From the human T2T-CHM13v2.0 reference genome, Homo sapiens, in NCBI RefSeq assembly GCF_009914755.1, contig NC_060929.1: 64,000 bases of DNA. One strand, 5' to 3'. Position numbers and translations under genes: made by a program. The notes under the pieces were generated by a model. The model was given only the letters and a program-made list of their open reading frames with translations. It did not search any database and was not told where the DNA came from. Of this stretch, positions 55,572 through 64,000 are shown one piece after another; position 1 is the first letter of the stretch; every line of letters starts with the position of its first letter.

Positions 55572-57361
55572 TTATTTTAAGAAATTTCCACAGCCACTTC
55601 AGTCTTCGGCAATCACCAACCTTACCATTCAGCAACCACCAACAATGAGGCAAACCCTGCACCAGCAAGAAGATTATGACTTACTGAAAGTTCAGATGAT
55701 TGTTAGCATTTTTTTAGCAATAACATATTTTTTAATTAAGGTATGTATACTTTTAGACATAATATCATGCACTTAATATAGACTACAGCATAGCGTAAAC
55801 ATAACTTTTATATTTTTGTGGGAAACCACAAAATTTATGTGACTTGCTTCATTGAAATATTTGCCTTATTGTGGTGGTCTGGAACCAAACCCACAATATC
55901 TCCAAGGTATGCTTACAATATAGAAGAAAAAGATAAAATTTGAAAGCATTATGTTGGCCAAAAAAGATTCAGGGTGTGTAATCATGACCAAATTTATTTT
56001 TACCTCCAACTCTTCTTTTAAACTCAACTCAACGATTACTTTCTTCTTTTTGTCCTGAATGAAAACTTGGGCAATCCCATGACTTTTCTAACTACTCTTA
56101 GTAATTGCAAACTCCTACAGTCACCTTAAGTCACAAAACATGATCTCAGTTTGATAATTATAATTACAATCTCCAGGGCCATTTTGAGTCAGAGCTTCCA
56201 ATTTCATTCAAAGGAAAGTCTTATATATAAATTATAGTTTCATAAAAAATTTCTATATGGAGTTCCAACTTTAAATCCAATAATTCCCATAGAAGTAACA
56301 ACATATAAATTCCCTGGGTGAGATAAGTCTGCATGCAGTCTGGGGTGGGAAGGAGGAAGAAGGAGGAAGCAGAGACCAAGAGAAATGAAGAGTATGGGTA
56401 AATGCTTACAGGACTGGCACTTTGTAAGCCGGCTTTCTGCTCTTGGTTTGGTGGATGTTTAAAGTTGTCACTTGTGAAGCTTTCTGCACAGGTTTCCTAC
56501 AATCTTTGACCACTTGTGGCCTCTCGCTTGCCTTTCCCCAGCCAGATGAATGTCCTCTATTCTTGCAGGTCCCTAATCTCTCCTCAGGTCATCTCCAGCT
56601 TCTTCTCTGCTGAAGCCTTTTCAATCTTCTAAAGATGATCCTATTAGGTCAAATCAACAAGGACCTCCAGAACAGCTTTTTCTCACTTACAGTGCTCAAC
56701 AAATCCCCAAGAAACACTCATAAGTTTTTTTTGCCCAAACAGATCCTGGGAATAGAGTTAGACCTTAGGCAGCCTCAATATGTCTTCACTTTGGTTTTCT
56801 CGACTATCCCATCTCTGCCTTTTAAGTATTTCAATATGGGGTCGCACACCTGAATTAAGGCATCATCACGCTCTCAAGTCGTGTCTTGAAGGTCTTGTCA
56901 CACACCCGAGATGAGAGACAGCAGAGAAGGGAAGAAGACTCATCTCACGGGGGCTGCTTGTGTTCAAAGAAATCCTCTCCAAATATTGCTTTTAATCTGA
57001 GCCTTTTCTTCTCGAAGTGCATGTAGAATTCCAGGGTCATGTAACAACTTTTCTAAAGCTCCTTTGGAAATTCTGCATATTCCTACTCTGGAATGCAGCA
57101 TCTATCTTATTTAGATACTCGGCTGAAATTGCACATTTAAATCCTGTTGTGGATATTTTTAAATACAGAATAATCCAGAGAAAGATCATAGGTTGACTTG
57201 AATGATCAAGAGGGAAAATTTGATGATCCAAGAAAGAAAAGTAGTAACTACAGAAGGAAAGTGCCAGGAGTAAGAAAGAGGCAACAGATTCAAGGGAGCT
57301 GGAGGACAGATATGATTATGTGTATCTCAAGTATACCAGTATTCAAAGATTCTAATGAAAC

Positions 57362-57668
<307 letters not shown>

Positions 57669-57683
57669 TGAAAAATTTTTTTA

Positions 57684-58014
<331 letters not shown>

Positions 58015-58246
58015 TCATTCTCTTGTGAAGCAAACAAAAATGCTTGCATCTGTATAAACTAGTTACCAGTAATACTTACTTATACTATCTTTATGTCAAC
58101 ACATTATAACAGAATATTTCCATATATTTTAAAGATATTATAAACATTTAATGTTTTAAAATAATCTCACTATGCATCCTTTTATTGATAAATATTTCAA
58201 AGCTTCACAAAGTCTACCAGGTTGTAGCAGAAAAGCAAAATTGGTA

Positions 58247-58570
58247 CAGACCCATAATTCTTTTTTTGAAATTCCAAAATCTAAAAAGCTCTGAAAAACT
58301 TCAAGATTTTTCATAAGCTTGATGACAAAATCTGATCTGAACTGAGGAGAGCATGTTTTCTATTTATCCTGCTTACTGCAAACGTTCACATTTTCTGGAA
58401 AAATATTAATGTGTTTGATAGTGGGGTTTTACCTAGACTTTGTTGATAGCATTGATTGCGTCATATGCAATATGTGCATAATATTATCTTTCTAAAGTTT
58501 GGGGGAGGGAGAATTTGAGCTTTTAAGAGTATTTCAGATCCCAAGAGTTTTGAATGAGAGATTGTAAACC
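58247..58570. mobile_element. Tigger-family MITE (MER46/Tigger4-like)
   Basis: gaaattccaaaatctaaaaagctctgaaaa ... cccaagagttttgaatgagagattgtaaacct. Confidence 0.55.
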
Positions 58571-60453
58571 TTTTTTATAAACTAAAATGTAGTATTTTGT
58601 GATTTTATGCATTTAAGGAAGCCCAAATTTACAGAATTTAATTATAATGCAGAAACTCTGCCTTAGAGTAATAGTAGAAAGACCTTTTTGTAACCTTGCC
58701 TTACCTATATCACCAGTAGCGTGTACAGACTCCAAGGAGCAAATTAAAGCAAGATAGAGTGTACTGTCTCCAAAGAAAGCTGGGCTTTTCTGCTGGCTTC
58801 CTTATTTCATCTGGCCTACAACATTAAGCATGTTAATAACCAGAACACTCCTGCAAGTCGTTTGACCAAGCCGGCCTTCAGGTCCCTGGAGTTCACGCAG
58901 ACCTGCACAGTAAATCTATTGTAGTAATTTGAAATATGTATTACAAATACAAAGGAATCTACATTTAATCCATCTCTAAAAATCATATTTAAAAATCATT
59001 GGAAAGGAGGATAAAGTTTATGGGGCATAATCCCATCCGTGTGGAATTTTGGCTGACCATCAAAATACCTTTTGATACCATAAATCTGTTTTAATCTTTA
59101 AGAAGTTCTGCACTGAACCAAAAAGGTTTCCAAGTGCGATGGTGCTGAAATGTGTGCAGTCGACCACGGTGTTGAGTCCCGCATCACTCACTGGGTTATC
59201 ACCCAAGGAAAATAGTACTTTCGACCTCTTGATAATCATGACCATGCAAATGTCTCATTTCTTCTGTGTTCAATCTGACTCACAATTAAATTAGACAGTA
59301 AACATAGACATGTGTAAATACCAGATAATATTTCTCAACCTGAGTTTGGGGAACAGAAACCTTTTCAAACCTTTTAATGACAAATAAGCCACTAAGGAAA
59401 TGCGAAATGTATATGTTGCAACGCAACGCTGCTCTGTTGATGCCTCTGGACACTCGACTGTGGTGGAAATAGGATACTCTAAAAAGACAATGTTGAATAA
59501 CAAAAATGTAATTTTGCTTAGAAATCGATAAAATGTCTAAATGTTATTAGAACTTATGGATAAGCATCAAGTGTACAGTGGCTGGCCTGACTTCCAAAAT
59601 ATCAGTTCAGTAAATAAACTATGAGCTTAATAGAAAGCTATAACATAGGTGCTAATTACATTCCCCCAAAAACAATGTCATAGAGAGAGTTCTGCATGAG
59701 GACATTCCTTTGATGTCTGTATCTCAGAGTACCCAAAAATACTATTTTCTGTTAGGATTAATATTTTTGGGGGGGTTTGGTTGTCTCCTGGTTCTTAGTA
59801 AGTGTGCAAGGATTATTAATATTTGTTTAGGTTTTGTCTATCAATTTTCTTTTCTGCATAAATTTCTAGCAAGTATCATGATAGAGAAGAAGGGAAAAGG
59901 GAAGAGAAGACGAGAACAAGATGAAAGTAGATGAGGCAAGAAACTCTCACTTATATACATCAGTCAACTGATATAAACACTAATGACTGCTTAATTTTGA
60001 GATGCTGGGGTTTTCTTTTTTCTTTCTCTTCAGCTCACATTCTGTTTTTCTTGGTTGTGTTGTTATTTAGTCTATATTTTGATTTTATTATAGACTCTAC
60101 ACATTCCTGAGAGTAGCCATTTCATCCTGTCTTTTGAATTTCTGGTACTCAGAATAAATGAAAGTAAATGTCCAAAGAGGCTTAGCAATAACGTACTAAA
60201 CATCCTTATCAGATAGGCTTAAAAATAAGCAAAAACTAAGAGTTCATCAAATGAGAGGCTGTGTAGTTGATGTTGAGTTTTAGACTCTCAAACTCCATTT
60301 GTTTTGTTTTGTTTTTTAAGATATAGGATGACCAATTGTACTAGAGCAACATGAAGACCAACAGAAGTTATTGTTGGGAGTTTTCTTCTGAGAAATAAAT
60401 TTGCTTTCTTAGCTTTCAATGTCCTGCCTAAATAATATGACTTAAGAATGTAG

Positions 60454-60866
<413 letters not shown>

Positions 60867-61919
60867 TTATTTGCCATATGTTTAAGTGGGAAGTGCATAT
60901 TTCAGTCAAGTTCACTCATTTTTGTTTCCAGTCTACTGTGCTGCTTTTGTAACTAGAAAACATTTTTAAAATAAAAATGTTAAAAGCAGAATCAATGGAA
61001 ATAATGAAAATATCTATTCAGTCGTGATTCCCCATACAGGTTAACATGACTGGAAAGAAACCTGTAGCAGTGGAGAGGTATTGCACCTCCCTAAACGTCT
61101 TTCAGTTCCCAGGTGGGAATGGAAAGCAACCTTTCTCATACACTTTCTCCTTTTTCTCTGACTATAATGTTTTCTGATTCTATTTAGGAGTGTGTCTAAT
61201 TGATTTTTCCAGTTTAGCAAGACTTGCCCTGAGTCATTTCCTGTTTCCTCTTTTGCTGCGAACAGAGACATCTCTGCAGAAAGCCTTTCCATCCCATGAT
61301 AGCTTCCTTGGACCGAGCATATTCAAGTCCAGCGCTATGCAGCCAGGAGGGTGTCTGCTCCCTTAAGAACCCACCTCATAGTGTGGAAATAAACAAACAA
61401 GGGAAGGCAATTCAATAACAAAAGAAAGCAACTCAAAAGCTAAGGAAACCTAGCTTCAAAGTCCCTGAAAAATAAACACATTTATGAGACAGTCCTATTT
61501 GACACTTTTTTAAGAATTTTTGATAACATTTCATAAAATAGAAACCTAGGTTCTCACCCTTTTTCTATTGTTTAAAAATCTTTATTGTTGAAATTAAAAG
61601 AAATTAGAGAATAAAGGTCTGTTCTTTATTAAGAAAATAATTTAGAGTACATCCATTTCTTGACCTCACTACTCATTATATTTCCATTAAGGGCATTACT
61701 TTCCACTTGGCATAGCAGTCACTTGAATACTAAACTTGTGCTCAAAAAAGAATACACCCACCTTTTATTTTTTAATTCCTACTAAATGAAAATTAGTTCA
61801 TTTTGGCTTACATTTCTTTAAGCTGATTTTGAAAATAGCCTTTTTGATGTGTACTCAGGCCAATAAAACCTCCCTACTACCCAGGGCCATTCCAATCCCT
61901 TCTCAAAAATCATGCTCTT

Positions 61920-62213
<294 letters not shown>

Positions 62214-62803
62214 TCACACTTTTACCTGCCACCATGACAGTGTCATGGTTTCCATTTTTCTTTTCTTCTCTCTCTTGCTTTTCTTTTCTTATAATCTGTC
62301 AGTAGATTGGCAACAGAAAAATATGAATATATCATGTGATATTAAATACACTTAAAAGGACATGATTTTTGTGTTTTTTTTTTTTTAACGTGCACGCAGT
62401 TCAAAGGGGAAAAAGTACTCACGTTTTTTAAAGTAGTCAAGAGAACACTGCACATGTGTGGGAGGAAGCTGTGTCTCACTTGTTATAACCGGGTTAAGGA
62501 TTTTACTCTATTACTATATAGCAGACAATAAAAGCAGTAGATATTGATATCTAAAAAAATCACCATTTAATCGTCTTAAACTTCACACATATAAGTAAAC
62601 TTTTAAATTGATTGTCCTTCGTGCAATAATTCACTTATTGTTCAGCCCACAGAGTTTAAAATTATATATACTTCCTAAAGATGAGTACAGGCAGGAGGAA
62701 AAAAAAAAGGTAGCTTGTAACAGCTACAGCTTCTCTATTACTATCTACCATGAATACCTTCAACTGAAAAACACCTCACAGAAACAAAATAAAGGTAAAA
62801 CTA

Positions 62804-63169
62804 TGTATTAGTCCATTTTCACACTGCTGTAAAGAACTACCCAAGACTGGAAATTTATAAAGGAAAGAGGTTTTATTGACTCACAGTTCCACATGGATGG
62901 GGAGACCTCAGGAAACTTACAATCATGGAGGACAAAGGGGAGGCAAGGATCTTCTTCACATGGCAGCAGGAGAGAGAAGAGCTAGCAAGAGCAGGGAAAA
63001 CTGCCTTATAAAACCATCAGATCTCATGAGAACTCATCACTATCATGAGAACAGCAGGGGGGCAACTGCCCCCATGATTCAGTCACTTCCCACCAGGTCT
63101 CTCCCTCAACATCTGGGGATTACAATTCAAGATGAGATTTGGGCAGGGACACAAAGCCTGACCATATTA
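62804..63169 (-). mobile_element. THE1D/MST-type solo LTR
   Basis: tgtattagtccattttcacactgct...accatatta; near-identical flanks aacta/aactg. Confidence 0.9.
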
Positions 63170-63174
63170 AACTG

Positions 63175-63610
63175 GTTTGTGTGTTTTGCAAACACAACTT
63201 CAGAAAGCAGCCCCTAACTCACCTTTCCAATTCCCTCTCCTGTTACCATGCACATAGATGACAGGCTTGAGGGCCATTTGCAAAGATTCCAGTTCTCCAC
63301 TGGCTTTGTGGGAGGGTTGTGTTTCCTATCATGTCATGTGACTTGCTGTGGCCAAAGAAATGGAAGCACAAAGGAAACACATAATTTAGCAGAAGTTTTA
63401 AGCGCCGCATTCTCTAGTCCCTGGGAAGTTCATGTCCAAATCGAGCCTCCATTGGCTTCTTCTACCCGTGAGTGACAACAATGAGTAGTGCCCCCGCTTT
63501 GCAGATTCACAATGAACATGTAACCTGAGGAAAAAAATAAACTTTTGTGCTAATTCACCAAAATTTTGAGATTTGTTTGTCTTACTGCAACTTAACCTCC
63601 CCTAACACAT
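63175..63610 (+). mobile_element. Old MLT1 LTR
   Basis: catgtgacttgctgtggccaa...aaataaactttt...ttttgagatttgtttg...tactgca. Confidence 0.6.
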
Positions 63611-64000
63611 CATCTCATTTAGAAACATAAGCGATCCCACAGGAGGCAGCAAAAGTTAGCAAACATCATAACAGGTTTATTCAAAATAGCATGAATAAAA
63701 TATTACTAAAAATCTATAAAAAGTAAGTTGTTCTTATTAAAATCTAAAGATTTTAAAATCTAAAAATCCATTGCTTTTCCTTAAAAAGTAAGTTTTTAAA
63801 TTATAGTGATGTTTTCAGCAGTAGTGTTAAAATAGTACTTAACAGTAATAACGATAAAATTTACATTTGCATAGCACCCCAAAACAGTTTAAATCTGCGT
63901 TTTATGTTAATTTGATTAGAATTGAGGGATGTCTCATCAGAAGGTTCTCAGTTTTATCATGTGTGTTGTACAGAAAATATGACAATTCCAATGTCACACT

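Noticed and set aside
62231-62249. Hairpin ACCATGACA-G-TGTCATGGT
   Set aside because: 9-bp arms are within chance expectation and too short for a miRNA precursor.

Overview
Primate genomic DNA, almost certainly human or another catarrhine (Alu, THE1, L1PA and HERV-W are all present). It is AT-rich, has no CpG island, and I cannot support any protein-coding exon. The ORF track is explained by transposon remnants (THE1-int, L1 ORF2, Tigger1 transposase), Alu or microsatellite read-throughs and chance. The window looks intergenic or deep intronic, and I cannot name the locus. Best-supported structures: a full-length THE1 element with a 5-bp TSD (773-3042); a 5'-truncated, L1-mobilised HERV-W retrocopy carrying the syncytin-like env C-terminus, poly(A) and a 13-bp TSD (36785-37340); a MER44 > MST LTR > L1PA triple nest; a full-length Tigger1 interrupted by Alus; and a closely spaced inverted Alu pair. 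There is also a probable very ancient CR1 relic beside a long repeat-poor block. I found no evidence of a previously undescribed biological system. Repeat family calls come from remembered consensus sequences, not from a search.
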